Assembly (NCBI GenBank): GCA_030167145.1
Contig: CP126532.1
Location: 2,190,001-2,222,000 of the forward strand
DNA from: Ktedonobacterales bacterium
GTDB lineage: Bacteria; Chloroflexota; Ktedonobacteria; Ktedonobacterales; JADMIN01
DNA: 32,000 nt
Direction: 5' to 3'
Below, piece by piece: positions 7,126-15,735 of this stretch. Both the position numbers and the translations under genes were made by a program. Every line of letters begins with the position of its first letter. Positions within the stretch are counted from its first letter, which is position 1. The notes under the pieces are model-generated. The model searched no databases and was not told the origin of the DNA. It saw only the letters and a list, made by a program, of their open reading frames with translations.

Positions 7126-7236
7126 AATCGAGATAGCGCGGCCTCGTTCTTGCGGGCACACGGTGGCCGTGTATGGGGTCGTGTAGGGCGCGACCTCGGT
7201 TTAGATGAGACCTAGGGAAAGGCGGGAACGCAAAGG

Positions 7237-7701
7237 ATGTCAACACAGGCTGATTACACCCCGGATGAGTGGCACACGCTAGTCCATGCGCCGGTGCAGG
7301 CGTCTATGCTGGTGATCAAGGCTGACCAGGGAACGGGCTTCACCGCGCGCTTCGGCGTGGTTCAAGAGACGAAGGATGCGCACACGGCGGTGGAGAAGGT
7401 GGCGGATACGGCGGTGACGCCGCTGGTGCGGGAGGCGGCGAAATCGCTGCTGGAGGAGAAGTCTTGGAAGCCGCTGTATGAGGGCAGCTCACCAGAGAGC
7501 GTGACGACATCGTTGCAGAGTGTGGCGAGCATTCTGGAGAAGAAGGCCGCGACCGATGAGGCGGTGGCATATAAGCAGTATGTCCTCGACATCGCGCAGA
7601 AGACGGCTTCGGCGACAAAGGAGAGCGGCGACAAGAATACCAGCCCGAAGGAGGCGGTGGCGCTACAACAGATCGCGGGGCTGCTGAAGCTGAACGGATG
7701 A
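7237..7701 (+). CDS. Hypothetical soluble protein (154 aa), function unknown
   Basis: Clean ORF with protein-like, largely helical composition (MSTQADYTPDEWHTLVHAPVQASMLVIKADQG...). I recognise no motif. A strong hairpin follows directly after the stop codon. Confidence 0.6.
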   Translation: MSTQADYTPDEWHTLVHAPVQASMLVIKADQGTGFTARFGVVQETKDAHTAVEKVADTAVTPLVREAAKSLLEEKSWKPLYEGSSPESVTTSLQSVASILEKKAATDEAVAYKQYVLDIAQKTASATKESGDKNTSPKEAVALQQIAGLLKLNG

Positions 7702-7713
7702 CCTCTTCCCCGG

Positions 7714-7736
7714 CCCCTCTCCTCGTAGGAGAGGGG
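7714..7736 (+). terminator. GC-rich stem-loop (REP-like, possible intrinsic terminator) after the 7237..7701 gene
   Basis: CCCCTCTCC-tcgta-GGAGAGGGG: 9-bp perfect stem with a 5-nt loop, 13 nt after the stop. No U-tract follows, so the terminator function is uncertain. Confidence 0.4.
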
Positions 7737-7802
7737 TGAATGGACCACTCCTCCGGTTCACCGCTTCGCTCTCAGCCCGCTGCGCTCCCGATGATCGCTG
7801 GT

Positions 7803-7887
7803 GGGCGTCCACCGGACGCCCCTACAGACGGCGCGCGGACCCAGGGAAATGCAGCGGTGGGTAGCGGACGCCCCTACAGACGGCGCG
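7803..7887. repeat. Direct repeats of the ggacgcccctacagacggcgcg element (two copies), the first extended into the 23-bp palindromic element
   Basis: ggacgcccctacagacggcgcg occurs at 7814-7835 and 7866-7887. The 23-mer at 7803-7825 equals 4413-4435. Confidence 0.85.
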
Positions 7888-7934
7888 GGGTGCTGCGGAC
7901 GGTGAGTGATGAGCGGTGGCTGGATGCGGCGCCT

Positions 7935-8759
7935 TCATTCCAGATGGCGCCGCCATTCCTGAAAAGCGTACGCCAAATCAAGCGCGCCATACTGTCGCAG
8001 GCGCGGAGTATAGTCGTCGAGAAAGAGGCGGTAGAGCGGCAACAATCCGGTTTCGAGGCTGGCGAGTACGGTGCGGTCGTCAGCGTCTGGCGGGCGCTCA
8101 CGCCACGCACAGGCATTGCGTGCCAGGTCGGCGGCAGGCCCGGTCTGCCGCGAGGTGAAGTATTCTACCGCTGTGTCGTTGCGACCGATCTGGCCGGTCT
8201 GCGCGGTGAAGAGGAAGCGGACCGGAAAGAGCACCCTCTTGGTTAGCGTTCTCACTCCGGCGCTGGCCAGGGTGGTTGGGTCATGGAGGATGGCGGTGAC
8301 TTCGGGGGTGGAGAGTGAGCGCAGAGCGAAGCTGGCTCCTTCGACCACCAACTCGCGAAGGCTGGGGGTTGGAAGCTCCGAACGAATATCTTGCCCTACC
8401 AGAAGATGGCCGTATTCCTTGAGGTCGAGCCGGTCCAGCGCTGGAAATCTCCCGCCGGTCGCCTCGCCAGATAGGGTGGCCTGGGATCCCCAGAAGATCG
8501 AGAGCCGGTCCGCCATCGGAACGCCACTAGCGAGCAGGGTAGAGGAGAGCGTCTCTACTGTTTGCGGGTCGCGTACCTGCAGGGGGTCGCTGAGGACGAG
8601 GCCCAGATCAATGTCGCTGACATGGATGCTGAAGCCGCCATGCGCTAAGCTGCCCAGCGCGTATGCCGCGATGAGACGGCTGTCCCAGGTGGCCGCAGCC
8701 AGCCGTACGGCGGATTCAAGCACGCGCTCCCCGATGGACCGCTGGCGCTGATCGGACAT
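7935..8759 (-). CDS. Nucleotidyltransferase-domain protein, AadA/ANT(3'')-like (possible aminoglycoside or other small-molecule adenylyltransferase)
   Basis: The GSLAHGGFSIHVSDIDLGLVL motif matches the G-S-x(n)-D-x-D pol-beta-type NTase signature. Size (~274 aa) and the helical C-terminal half resemble AadA/DUF4111 proteins. The start is set at the ATG at complement 8757-8759 (MSDQRQRS...), preceded by AAGGGGAG; the track's upstream ATG at 8795 is less likely. Confidence 0.7.
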   Translation of the reverse strand: MSDQRQRSIGERVLESAVRLAAATWDSRLIAAYALGSLAHGGFSIHVSDIDLGLVLSDPLQVRDPQTVETLSSTLLASGVPMADRLSIFWGSQATLSGEATGGRFPALDRLDLKEYGHLLVGQDIRSELPTPSLRELVVEGASFALRSLSTPEVTAILHDPTTLASAGVRTLTKRVLFPVRFLFTAQTGQIGRNDTAVEYFTSRQTGPAADLARNACAWRERPPDADDRTVLASLETGLLPLYRLFLDDYTPRLRQYGALDLAYAFQEWRRHLE

Positions 8760-8798
8760 CGCGCTCCCCTTTCGGCGCTGTATTGAGATATGCATCCA

Positions 8799-9452
8799 CT
8801 ATCGCACATGAGATTTGGGGGCGCGGCGGCGAAGGAAGGTCTCGTAGACGAGGATGGGGAGCGCGAAGAGGGTGAGGCCGTAGAGGAGGTCGGCGGCGAT
8901 GGTGTAGCCGTTGCGGAAGATGAACGCGCCGCTGTGGAGGTACATGGAATCGCTGTAGATCGTGCCAGCGATGAGCAGCAGCAGGAAGAAGCCGTAGAGC
9001 GCGTAGCCGAGCCGGGGCCAGCGGGCGGCGACGAGGAGATAGAGCGCCAGCACGACGGCGAGATGGGCGACGAAGGGGAACGCGCCGCGCTCGCCGGCCA
9101 GCGCCAGGGTGAGCGGTGGCAGGTCGAAGGTGGTTCCGGCCCACCAGCCAGCGGCGGTGGCGAGGGATTGGGTGAGGATGGTATACGCGCCGACGCAGAG
9201 CATGGCGATGATGAAGGCGCGGACGCGGGGATGGGGTGTGATGCGCGCCCAGTAGATGAGCGCGGGGGTGGTGGCGAGCGCGGAGAGCAGCACGGCGAGC
9301 GCGACGGCGGGGGTGCGGAGCGCCGGGACGGTGGCGGGGACGAGGGTCTGCAAGGTGTAGGGCGCGATGCCGATGACGAAGCAGAAGATGATGAGCGGCA
9401 GCAGCCAGCGCGGGCGGGTAGCGGCGCGGGTAGCGGCGCGGGTGGTGGTCAT
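8799..9452 (-). CDS. Hypothetical integral membrane protein (~6 TM)
   Basis: 217 aa with alternating hydrophobic stretches and coding-like codon usage. It is divergent from the DHA2 MFS gene. I recognise no family motif. Confidence 0.55.
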   Translation of the reverse strand: MTTTRAATRAATRPRWLLPLIIFCFVIGIAPYTLQTLVPATVPALRTPAVALAVLLSALATTPALIYWARITPHPRVRAFIIAMLCVGAYTILTQSLATAAGWWAGTTFDLPPLTLALAGERGAFPFVAHLAVVLALYLLVAARWPRLGYALYGFFLLLLIAGTIYSDSMYLHSGAFIFRNGYTIAADLLYGLTLFALPILVYETFLRRRAPKSHVR

Positions 9453-9526
9453 GGGATAACCTCACTTCTGCGAATACGATACGACACCGTTGCATATTTC
9501 GCAATCGTGTGGTACGCTCTATTTAG

Positions 9527-9545
9527 ATACGATACTGTATCGTAT
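9527..9545. promoter_or_regulatory. Perfect 19-bp palindrome; candidate TetR-family operator
   Basis: ATACGATAC-T-GTATCGTAT lies 31 bp upstream of the MFS start codon. An extra half-site, atacgatacga, is at 9474-9484. The cognate TetR gene is the second gene of the operon. Confidence 0.5.
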
Positions 9546-9575
9546 TGTCAATGGGTACGATGAAGGAGAATCAGC

Positions 9576-11174
9576 ATGAAGGGGACAATGATGGGCGCAA
9601 CCACTATGTCGGATGTGCGGACATATCCACGGCGGTGGTGGGCGTTTAGCGTGCTGAGCCTGTGTTTGCTGGTGGTGGCGCTGGATAATACGGTGGTGAA
9701 TGTGGCGCTGCCGACGCTGGTGCGCGATCTGGGGGCGACGGGTAGCGAGTTGCAGTGGATTGTGGATGTGTATGTGCTGGTCTTTGCGGGGCTGCTGCTG
9801 ATCGCGGGGAGCATTAGCGACCGGATTGGGCGGAAGCGCGTGTTGCTGGCGGGGTTGCTGATCTTCGGTGTGGGGTCGGTCGGCTCGGCCTTCGCGGGGA
9901 CGGCGTCGCATCTGATCGCGCTACGGGCGCTGATGGGTGTGGGGGGCGCGCTGATTATGCCGTCTACGCTCTCGATTACGACGAATATGTTTTCGGGCAA
10001 GGAGCGCGGGCGAGCGATTGGTGTGTGGGCTGGTGTGGGGGGTATCGGCATCATCATCGGGCCATTGCTGGGCGGGTGGCTGCTGCAACGGTTCTGGTGG
10101 GGGTCAGTGTTTTTGATTAACGTGCCGGTGATTGTGGTGGCGCTAGTGGCTGGGCTGGCGCTGATTCCGGAGTCGCGCGATCCGCACCCGAAGGGGCTGG
10201 ATGTGGTGGGGGCGCTACTCTCGATTGTCGGGCTGGGGGCGCTGCTGTATGGCATCATCGAGGAGCCGTCGCGCGGCTGGGGGGACCGGCAGATTCAGGT
10301 GACGCTTGGCGCGGCGCTGGTGTTGCTGGTGGCGTTCGTGCTGTGGGAGCGGTGGACACGCGCGCCGATGCTGGATCTGCGGCTGTTCAGGAGCGCGCAT
10401 TTCACGGTGGCGACGGTGGTCCTGACGCTGCTGGCGTTCGCGCTGCTGGGGGCGATGTTCTTCCTGACGCAGTACTTGCAGTTTGTGCTGGGGTATTCGG
10501 CGCTGGAGACGGGTGTGCGGCTGACGCCACTGGCGGTGACGCTGTTCGTGGGGGCGGCGCTGAGCGCGCGGCTGACCGAACGGGTGGGGGCGAAGGTGAC
10601 GGTGACGCTGGGGACGGTGATCTGCGCGGGCGGGCTGGCGATTCTGGCGCTGGCGAGCACGTCCGGCGGGTATGGTGTGGTGGCGTGGTCGCTGGCGGTG
10701 ATGGGATTGGGGATGGGCGCGGCGATGGCGCCGGCAACGGATGCGATGATGGGGGCACTGCCGCTGGCACAGGCGGGGGCTGGTTCGGGGGTGAATCAGG
10801 CGACGAAGCAGGTTGGCGGGGCGCTGGGTGTGGCGGTGCTGGGTAGCATCCTGTCCTCGGCGTATCAGGGGGCGATTGCGGACGTGGCGCAACGGCTGCC
10901 CGCGCCGCTGGCGGCGGTGGTGCGCGATTCGGTTGGCGAGGCGATGGCGGTGGCCGGACGGCTGGGCGGTGTGCCGGGGGCGGCGCTGACGCACGCGGCG
11001 GCGACGGCGTATACGAGCGCGATGGGGACGGCGGTGCTGGTGGGGGCGGGCTTTGCACTGGTGGGCGCGGTGGTAGCGCTGATTTTCCTGCCATCCACGC
11101 CGCCGAAGCAGGTGGGGGAGGAGCAGTCGCAGGCAGAGACACAAACCCCGCGCGAAACGCCTGTGGGTGTATAA
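9576..11174 (+). CDS. MFS transporter, DHA2 (EmrB/QacA, 14-TM) drug:H+ antiporter family
   Basis: 532 aa. The N-terminal LDNTVVNVALPTLVRDLGATGSELQWIVDVYVLVFAGLLLIAGSISDRIGRKR is the classic DHA2 signature. An AGGAG SD lies 8 nt upstream. Confidence 0.9.
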   Translation: MKGTMMGATTMSDVRTYPRRWWAFSVLSLCLLVVALDNTVVNVALPTLVRDLGATGSELQWIVDVYVLVFAGLLLIAGSISDRIGRKRVLLAGLLIFGVGSVGSAFAGTASHLIALRALMGVGGALIMPSTLSITTNMFSGKERGRAIGVWAGVGGIGIIIGPLLGGWLLQRFWWGSVFLINVPVIVVALVAGLALIPESRDPHPKGLDVVGALLSIVGLGALLYGIIEEPSRGWGDRQIQVTLGAALVLLVAFVLWERWTRAPMLDLRLFRSAHFTVATVVLTLLAFALLGAMFFLTQYLQFVLGYSALETGVRLTPLAVTLFVGAALSARLTERVGAKVTVTLGTVICAGGLAILALASTSGGYGVVAWSLAVMGLGMGAAMAPATDAMMGALPLAQAGAGSGVNQATKQVGGALGVAVLGSILSSAYQGAIADVAQRLPAPLAAVVRDSVGEAMAVAGRLGGVPGAALTHAAATAYTSAMGTAVLVGAGFALVGAVVALIFLPSTPPKQVGEEQSQAETQTPRETPVGV

Positions 11175-11181
11175 TGAGGAT

Positions 11182-11796
11182 ATGACAGCTACGGTAGATA
11201 CGCCTACAACGTCACGAGCACCGATACGCAAGCCTGGGCGCCCACGCAGCGCCCAGGCGCATCAGGCTATTCTCGACGCGACGCTGGCGCTGCTGGTGGA
11301 GGAGGGCTATCAGGGGATGAGCCTGGAGGCGGTGGCGGCGCGGGCGGGGGTGGGCAAGACGACGATCTATCGCCGGTGGGCATCGAAGGAGCAGTTAGTT
11401 GTTGATCTGCTGGAGAGCCTGGACACGAATCCACATTTCCATGAGACAGGAGATTTACGGGCAGATCTGATCGCGCATCTGCGCCGTGAGTTGGATCCGA
11501 ACACCAATCCGGTGATGCGGAAACTGCTGTTCCGGCTGATAGGAGAGTTGATCGAGAATCCGGAGTTGTTCGCGGTGTACCGGGAGCGGGTGATCGAGCC
11601 GCAGGTGCGCGAGTTGACGGAGGCCGTCAAGCGCGCGGTGGCGCGCGGCGAACTGCGGCCGGATGTGGACCCGACGCTGTTACTCGAGATGCTGGGTGGG
11701 CCGATTGCCTTCCATGTGATCCTGACGGGGACGATGGAATTTTCGCCGGAGCGGCTGGTGGATGCGCTGTGGAATGGTATTGCGGCGAAGCGGTAG
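11182..11796 (+). CDS. TetR/AcrR-family transcriptional regulator
   Basis: HTH region ILDATLALLVEEGYQGMSLEAVAARAGVGKTTIYRRWASKEQL. I prefer the ATG at 11182 (GAGGA SD, no overlap with the MFS stop) over the track's 11167. Confidence 0.9.
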   Translation: MTATVDTPTTSRAPIRKPGRPRSAQAHQAILDATLALLVEEGYQGMSLEAVAARAGVGKTTIYRRWASKEQLVVDLLESLDTNPHFHETGDLRADLIAHLRRELDPNTNPVMRKLLFRLIGELIENPELFAVYRERVIEPQVRELTEAVKRAVARGELRPDVDPTLLLEMLGGPIAFHVILTGTMEFSPERLVDALWNGIAAKR

Positions 11797-11811
11797 GAAC
11801 CTAACCCCCGG

Positions 11812-11834
11812 CCCCTTCCCTGGTAGGGAAGGGG
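11812..11834 (+). terminator. GC-rich stem-loop (same REP-like family) after the TetR gene
   Basis: CCCCTTCCC-tggta-GGGAAGGGG: 9-bp stem with a 5-nt loop, 16 nt after the stop. The flanks (ccccggcc ... tga) match the 7706-7739 copy. Confidence 0.4.
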
Positions 11835-11872
11835 TGAGAGACCGCAGGCATCGGTGGCCGACGTAGGGTGGG

Positions 11873-12340
11873 TTAGTCGGCGGTGGAAGAGGGTTGTTCG
11901 CGGAGGCTGCGCAGCAGGGCGACGAGGCCAACGCCGAGGGTGACGAGCAGGACGAGCGCGCCGGGGAGGAAGAAGAAGCCCGCGCTTTCGAGGGCGGAGA
12001 GGGTGACGGCGAGGACGGTGACGGCGCAGGTGACGAGGGCCATGTAGGCGGTGATGCGGGCGTCGGTCTGGCGGGCGCGGGACTGCGCCCAGGCGGCGAG
12101 AGCGCTGCCGCCGAAGAGGCCGAGCATCATGCAGAGGACGACGGTGACGCGCAGGGCGGTCTGGGGGGCGTTGTCGGAGGTGATGGGCTGGCAGAGGAAT
12201 TTGGCGCGGCTGATGCCGTAGCAGTTTTCGCCTTCGACGAAGGTGGTGATGGCGAGGTAGAGGCCGGAGATGAGGGCGAGGGCGAGGGCGGTGAGGGTCA
12301 TGAGGAGTTCGATGCGGGCGAGCGATTTGATGGATTTCAC
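11873..12340 (-). CDS. Small hypothetical membrane protein (~4 TM)
   Basis: The hydrophobic part of ORF 11873..12478 (…LMTLTALALALISGLYLAITTF…VTVVLCMMLGLFGGSALAAW…YMALVTCAVTVLAVTLSAL…FFFLPGALVLLVTLGVGLVALL). The start is uncertain: GTG at complement 12338-12340 with a GGGAG SD, or ATG at 12301. Confidence 0.5.
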   Translation of the reverse strand: MKSIKSLARIELLMTLTALALALISGLYLAITTFVEGENCYGISRAKFLCQPITSDNAPQTALRVTVVLCMMLGLFGGSALAAWAQSRARQTDARITAYMALVTCAVTVLAVTLSALESAGFFFLPGALVLLVTLGVGLVALLRSLREQPSSTAD

Positions 12341-12667
12341 GGTGTATCTGCTCCCGAATGGGGTGGCGTGGTGATGTGTGTGGCGAGGGTCGCCAAGCGT
12401 AGGATAGCGCGAAATGGGGATGGGACGCCAGCGGGGCGGACCTGTAGAATAGGGGTGGTTGGGGGAATGGTCTAGCATGTGTGTGCCACCATCCGTGGCG
12501 GGTAATCCAAAGTTGACGGACGTGGTGAATACGCCAATGATTCAACGCATGTTGCCATCAGTGCGTTTTGTGCTCGCCAGGATGGGTATGGTATATAAGG
12601 CGCGTTGTTGTCTGTATTTCCCTGTTGGCGCGCATCGTATTATGCCCCAGATGTCCTGGAACGCGTT

Positions 12668-12701
12668 GTGGCGGCCCCTCCCTGGCGAGAGAGGCCGCCA
12701 C
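12668..12701. terminator. Stem-loop downstream of the cupredoxin gene
   Basis: GTGGCGGCC-(16 nt)-GGCCGCCAC lies ~90 nt beyond the stop at 12789. There is no clear U-tract on the minus strand, hence the low confidence. Confidence 0.3.
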
Positions 12702-12788
12702 AGTGTTGTCTGTCTGCACTGGTACGTGCGCCCACCACGGGCAATCGCCGTGATGAGTTGCGCTAGGCTCCGGTAGGCTTCGTCAGGC

Positions 12789-13802
12789 TCAATGGGTCAC
12801 GGTAATAGTGCCAACCATGCCCATGTAGTCGTGGAAGACACAGTAGTAGGGATAGACACCGGGCTGGGTGAAGCGGAACGTTACCGCGCTGGGCAGGCCG
12901 AAGCCTGCGAATGCCGCCCCAAAGAGGCCTGAGCTGACGTTGTCGCCTTGGCGCACGTTGTTTAGGTCACCGTACTGCAGGATGCCCTGCTCCACGCCGA
13001 TCGTCACGGTGTGGGGATCCATTGTGGTGTTGGTGAATGTCACCGAGTCACCCACCTTGATCGCCGTGTTCGGACGGAGGAAGCGCATCACGTCCGCCTG
13101 CCCGGCGTCCACGCTCGCGCCCACACTCACGGTATTGGGTGCAAGTCCGGCCACGGTCTGCGCATACGCCTGCCAGCCTTGTGCGAAGATATGCCCACGC
13201 TGCTGCGCCGCTTGGGCGTTGTACTGCGCCTGGGTGAAGGGATAGGGCTGGTCGCTAGGGATCACGTGGACGATCTGGGACATGATGGGACCATGCACCA
13301 GGCAGTAGAAGGTATAGTCGCCCACGGGTGCGTTGATCGTCAGCGCGTACTGCTGAATCGCCTGCGGGAAGCCTGCGGCCTCCGGAGTCGTCGTCATGAG
13401 GCCGGAGTTGTAATACGACACCCCATCGAAGGATGAGCCACCTGCCGGTGTCGAGAACTGCTCTATGAGTTCTTCGAAGGCATTCAGAATGGGGTTGGTG
13501 ATGCCCTCGGCGTCCTCGTCGTCGGTGTCGGCTGGCGGGGTGCCAAATGTCACCGTGTGGATTTCTTTCGAGCCGACCGTCCAGACGATTGTGTCGCCTG
13601 CCTTGACGAAGATTTGGCTTGGCGTGAAGGCCATCCCTGAGATGGCCCCATTGGCCGTCTGGACGCCCACCGTCACTTGCCATGTGTGGCGCTCCGCCGC
13701 GTGGGCCACCGACGAGGGCATGCCCACGGCCAGTGCCAGCGCCCCTACCATCAGCGCGATCACCAGCGACTGGAAGCGGCGCACGAACCCTGTGCTGCGC
13801 AT
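12789..13802 (-). CDS. Secreted two-domain cupredoxin (plastocyanin/azurin-like blue copper protein)
   Basis: The start is the ATG at complement 13800-13802, preceded by an AAGGAGAG SD. Signal peptide: MRSTGFVRRFQSLVIALMVGALALAVGMPSSVAHA/AE. Two type-1 copper ligand sets are present: ...HTVTF...YTFYCLVHGPIM and ...HTVTI...YPYYCVFHDYMGM (H ... C-x2-H-x3/4-M). Confidence 0.8.
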   Translation of the reverse strand: MRSTGFVRRFQSLVIALMVGALALAVGMPSSVAHAAERHTWQVTVGVQTANGAISGMAFTPSQIFVKAGDTIVWTVGSKEIHTVTFGTPPADTDDEDAEGITNPILNAFEELIEQFSTPAGGSSFDGVSYYNSGLMTTTPEAAGFPQAIQQYALTINAPVGDYTFYCLVHGPIMSQIVHVIPSDQPYPFTQAQYNAQAAQQRGHIFAQGWQAYAQTVAGLAPNTVSVGASVDAGQADVMRFLRPNTAIKVGDSVTFTNTTMDPHTVTIGVEQGILQYGDLNNVRQGDNVSSGLFGAAFAGFGLPSAVTFRFTQPGVYPYYCVFHDYMGMVGTITVTH

Positions 13803-14026
13803 GTTTGCTCTCCTTTGAGCCTCTGTCACCCCACTCCGCTTCGCCTGGATGGGAGCGGGCGCATTCAACCAACGCCGGACCAGCCGGCCCCGTTGCCAGG
13901 TTGCTTGCACAGAAGGTATGCCAACGCAGCGCTTCGCGGCTCGCGTTGACCATCGCGCTGCGGCGCATCTGCGATGCGGTGCGTCTTAGCACGAGACGTG
14001 CCGCTGGCGCAAATCCCGTCCGTACC

Positions 14027-14043
14027 TTGCCCCTGGGGCAAGC
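14027..14043. other. 17-bp perfect palindrome between the CHAP and cupredoxin genes
   Basis: CTTGCCCC-T-GGGGCAAG. It could form a 7-bp stem with a 3-nt loop in RNA (terminator of the CHAP gene) or act as a protein-binding site upstream of the cupredoxin gene. Confidence 0.3.
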
Positions 14044-14189
14044 ATGCACGCCGATGGTGATGATTGGGTGGTGGAGGGGTGGAGAACCGGTTCAGGGTAC
14101 GCAGTGCCCCTTCTCATACGAGACGTGGCGATGAGCTATGCCTCGCCAAGAGCGTGTCGTAGCGGGCGGCGAAGGCGTCGGGCGCTTTG

Positions 14190-15401
14190 TCACGATGGTT
14201 CGGTGGTGAAGTGGATCCAGCCGCGGACGATGCGGTTGGGCAGGCCGCTGAGGTCGGTGATGCGCCAGCCGGTGGCGGTGTGGGTGAGAGGTAGGGCGAG
14301 GAAGTATTGGGTCTGGTTGTAGTTTTCCTGGGCGACGTAGACGTGGGTGGCGTCTACGCCGGTGATGAGGGCGACGTGGCCGAGGGTGCCCGCGCGGATG
14401 CCGGAGGTCCAACCCTGGCGCGCGTTGTTGACGTCCTGGAAGACGAGGAGGTCGCCGGGGTGGGGGGCGAAGGCGCTGGGGGCTTGGCTGGCGTCGCTAG
14501 CGAGGGCATACGTGCCCGCTGGGAAGAGGGTGCGCACCTGGCCGGGATGTTGGGCGCCGCTGGCGTAGTAGTCGAAGTAGAGTTCGGAGTGGTCGGTGAA
14601 GCGGGGCAGCGCCCATTGCTCCCAGTCGTAGCGGTTGACGAGTTCGGTGCATTGAAAGAGGTAGGGGTCGGTCGAGCCGTGATTGTTGCAGATATAGACG
14701 CCGTGGCGCAGGGTGTCCCAGCCGCCAGCGGGGCTGGTGGCGGTGGGGGTGGCGAGGGTGTGGCCCCAGGCGAGGTGCGTGGGGTCGTAGCCGCTGGCGC
14801 GGAGCACATCGGCGCAGGTCTGTTGCGGCGGCTGGGGCGGTGCGGCGGGGGGCGTGTAGCCGGGGGCGGGCGGCTGATAGGTGGCGAGGGTCTGCTCAAG
14901 CTGGGCGGCGTGGGTTGGGGCGTCGGTGGCGCACTCTTCGGCGACGGCGTAGTCGGTTTGGGCAAGGAAGAGGCGGATAAGGCAGGGGACGCGGCCAAGC
15001 TGGGCGGAGGTGTCGGCGATGAAGGCGGGATAGGAGCCGATGCGCGCGGTGGCTGGGCCGCGCTGGGCGAAGGCGGCGGGCATGGTGGGGCCGCGGAGGA
15101 TGGCAAGCAGGACGAACGTGCCAGGGTGCTGGGTGTCCACGAGTGTGACGGCTGAGGAGGATGGCCCGGCGCGCTGGCCTGGCTCCGGCTGGGCGGCCCA
15201 GCCGGCGGGGAGGGTGATGCGGAAGCCGAGCTTGGCGTCGGCGTAGGTGTTGGCGGCGGAAGTGGGGATGCTGGGCGTGTGGGTGGCGGCGGGGACGGGG
15301 GATGGCGCACGCGACGCGGCAAATGGGGCGGCGCAGGCGCTGAGCAGCAGCGCGAGGGGCGCGAGACGCCACGGTGTGCTTCGCCGCCATTCGCCGCGCA
15401 T
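14190..15401 (-). CDS. CHAP-domain lipoprotein (putative peptidoglycan amidase/endopeptidase)
   Basis: The start is the ATG at complement 15399-15401 with an AGGAG SD. The lipobox is LALLLSAC. A Pro-rich linker (YQPPAPGYTPPAAPPQPPQQ) precedes the C-terminal domain, which carries the CHAP catalytic pattern: ...LFQCTELVNRY... (Cys) and ...GHVALITGV... (His). The upstream 154 codons of the track ORF are non-coding-like. Confidence 0.7.
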   Translation of the reverse strand: MRGEWRRSTPWRLAPLALLLSACAAPFAASRAPSPVPAATHTPSIPTSAANTYADAKLGFRITLPAGWAAQPEPGQRAGPSSSAVTLVDTQHPGTFVLLAILRGPTMPAAFAQRGPATARIGSYPAFIADTSAQLGRVPCLIRLFLAQTDYAVAEECATDAPTHAAQLEQTLATYQPPAPGYTPPAAPPQPPQQTCADVLRASGYDPTHLAWGHTLATPTATSPAGGWDTLRHGVYICNNHGSTDPYLFQCTELVNRYDWEQWALPRFTDHSELYFDYYASGAQHPGQVRTLFPAGTYALASDASQAPSAFAPHPGDLLVFQDVNNARQGWTSGIRAGTLGHVALITGVDATHVYVAQENYNQTQYFLALPLTHTATGWRITDLSGLPNRIVRGWIHFTTEPS

Positions 15402-15735
15402 AGAAGCTCCTGATGGAAAACGATGGCTATTCGGTGGTGGCATCCTGGGATGTGTCGTGAGCCGGTTGATCCAGGCCAAAGAATACCACGTAATTGCAGG
15501 GGAGGTGGGTGGACGGTCTGGCTCTGCCGTGGTGAGGATGACATTCTTCGCACTGATCGTGTAGTGCAGTGTTGTGGAGATCAGTCGGGATGAGTGCTGA
15601 GGCCGAAGGCGTACCCAGGCCCTCCGCGTGCGAATCGGAATAGGCACACCAGCAGAATCGCCAGGGCCGCTCTGGCGCTCGCCAGTCCGGCTGGAAACGG
15701 CACGAGGCGCTATTGGCGGACACTGATGGCGGGGC

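Noticed and set aside
7740-8246. 168-aa + strand ORF
   Set aside because: Its 5' part is made of the dispersed palindromic repeats. The rest is antisense to the nucleotidyltransferase gene, which has a clear NTase motif.
12459-12776. Small + strand ORFs (105 and 61 aa) in the 12341-12788 intergenic region
   Set aside because: Cys/Arg/Trp-rich, non-protein-like translations with no SD. The region is better explained as the terminator and promoter space between two minus-strand genes.
15427-15723. 98-aa minus-strand ORF between the epoxide hydrolase and CHAP genes
   Set aside because: No SD, odd composition (Cys/His/Trp-rich) and no recognisable motif. Probably non-coding spacer.
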